DNA from: Balanoglossus misakiensis
Taxonomy: Eukaryota; Animalia; Hemichordata
Length of the DNA: 64,000 bases
Assembly: GCA_040954595.2 (NCBI GenBank)
Contig: CM082582.2
Span: 2,588,303 to 2,652,302, forward strand
Reading direction: 5' to 3'
In this document: piece after piece, positions 62,201 through 64,000 of the stretch
How positions within the stretch are numbered: position 1 is the stretch's first letter
Layout of the letters: each line of letters starts with the position of its first letter
Position numbers and translations under genes: made by a program
Notes under the pieces: generated by a model
Database searches by the model: none
Seen by the model: only the letters and a program-made list of their open reading frames with translations
What the model was told of the DNA's origin: nothing

Positions 62201-64000
62201 ACAGTTTGAGAAAAGTGCTGGGGGCTGCGACTGGTAGATGCATGTATCATGTATTTAGGCTAAGCAAAAACTTTTTTGTCATTTTTTACACCAAAAACGT
62301 GGGGAAAATGAGAAAATTTCAAAAATTTACATGATATTGAAGTTGTTACCAATCTTTAGGGATTTGATTTCAAAGGGGAAAATGGGGTGAGGGGTCAACT
62401 TAGGTTGGTCTGGTTAGGCATTACTGTCCCTTCAAAGAGCATATATTGCCTTTTTAAATCATATCAGAAGATTAAAAAAATGTTCAAAAGAAATCTAATA
62501 TTTTCCAAAAATTACAATATTTTTCGGGTATCGATTTCTATAATATTCGTTTTGTTCTCATAAAATACTTCAAAATCCACCCTGTCTCGAAAAGTCCGAG
62601 TTCAGATTTGCTGCATTTTGGTCACGTGACGTGACGTCACAGGAGGTTCCCCTCAGGTAGATCAGCTTTAGCGATGCTCACAGGTGTGATGCGTTGTTTT
62701 CGTGCTTTTCTCTGTAATACCACAATGGGAAAGGGAGTTGTTTGCCGTGGTTGCAGCAACACATTACCTAGACGGGAGTCACCCGTGTGAGTTCCACAAA
62801 AATGAATGAAAGTCTATGCCACGATCATCAACATCGTACGGTGTATATGAAGTCGGCGCGGTGCCGGTGACGGCCGTGGCGGTAACTGTCAATGCATGAC
62901 CGTTGAATGATAATCGGCCAGGTTCGAATCACAAGAAGACAATCAGCACCCTTACAGGAAAATAGAAGCCTGTCAGTAGGAGAGGTCGACCAGTGATCAA
63001 TATTCAATTCAGAGCACAACTGATCGTTTATACCCGATATTGGTGTTCATTCAGTGTTCCAGCGACCGCGATTACACAGTAGTAGGTGAACTGGCAGGAT
63101 GCGTAAACACAATTTTGCGCTGGCCGACATCATGTCGAGATTGCTTATAATTATTCACTCTTTTGTCTGGCTACCCGGTACCCAGGGACCGCAAACTTCG
63201 ATAATTAAGGTTGACAGCAATCAATGTAAAAACTTGAACGTTCAAAATATTACTGTTACTATTTCACATTTTTTTCAGTCATACCTTTGTATGGCTTCGG
63301 CTGAATGGTCGCCATCTTTCTTTTCTAATTTCTTTGTTTACAAGTTTTACGTTGCACTATGTCCGACTCATCGGCTCCAAAACACACTGTACAAATTTTG
63401 AAACAAAGTGTGTTGAATAAATTTTGCTTCGTGTGAGTGAAAACCGTTTCCAAACTTGGATATTCGTGTGTATCAATGAAAATGTTTCATGCTTTGTGAG
63501 CGTGAGTGGGTCGGCCCGGCACGATCGCCTGTTGCTGTTGGTTGTATGGTTTCATTTTGTTATAATGCAGTATGAAGCATGTGAAGGAACTTTCATGATT
63601 ACAGCGACAAGTCATAAATGTTTCTGTTTGTCATCACCAAAAAGGCATATAGCTTACATGTAATTCAGAAGACAGAATTTTAGTGCTGGCATGGTACATA
63701 TACATCGCGGCGCGATATGTGTCATCGCTGCTGACTGCGTGTACACGCATCGGCGCTGATGGAGTTCCCTTGTAATAACACGAGCGTATTTTGTCTGTTG
63801 AGGCAGTGATCGAAAATCGCCAAAAGACCACGATCAGTTATCAATAAGTTGACATTGTCCAAGATAAGTAGATTTAGACCCAGCACTCTAGACCTAAACC
63901 TCTGGGCAATATTCCACGGTTTAATCGAGGCAGCAATCATTGTATGTGTAGGGCGCCTATACACATCCGCTGCCATTGCATGTTGTGTACTGCTTGCAAT

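Noticed and set aside
58055-62426. Possible pogo termini CGGTACTGCCTA / TAGGCATTACTG
   Set aside because: Only a 10/12 match, and the flanks are TG/TC rather than TA; too weak to call.
62725-62820. THAP-like start (CRGCSNT)
   Set aside because: Too short and frameshifted, with no associated transposase or termini.
62830-64000. Short ORFs at the end of the window
   Set aside because: No motifs or repeat structure recognised; left unannotated.

Overview
AT-rich animal (probably marine invertebrate) DNA made almost entirely of nested transposable elements and a ~500-bp satellite. I found no host housekeeping gene, RNA gene or CRISPR array. From left to right: (1) a decayed DUF6589/Academ-like gene split by an apparently intact ISL2EU-type element (THAP-DDE transposase plus SWIM-YqaJ exonuclease, AT TSD); (2) a deleted Zator element; (3) a Crypton tyrosine-recombinase pseudogene; (4) a 9.4-kb Zator element with a divergent multi-exon DD43E transposase and a second SAM-domain gene; (5) a CACTA/EnSpm element whose second gene starts with a CIDE-N-like domain; (6) a DIRS/Ngaro RT remnant; (7) a satellite array holding an unclassified TIR element (with a second ISL2EU inside it), a hAT MITE and a Gypsy element with gag, pol, a chromodomain and a long F-type env; (8) a pogo-like pseudogene. 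Two Helentron-type (HINE/DINE-1-like) elements with 239-bp internal arrays and two TAG..CTA MITEs with 9-bp TSDs are also present. Family assignments come from motif recognition by eye, not database searches.
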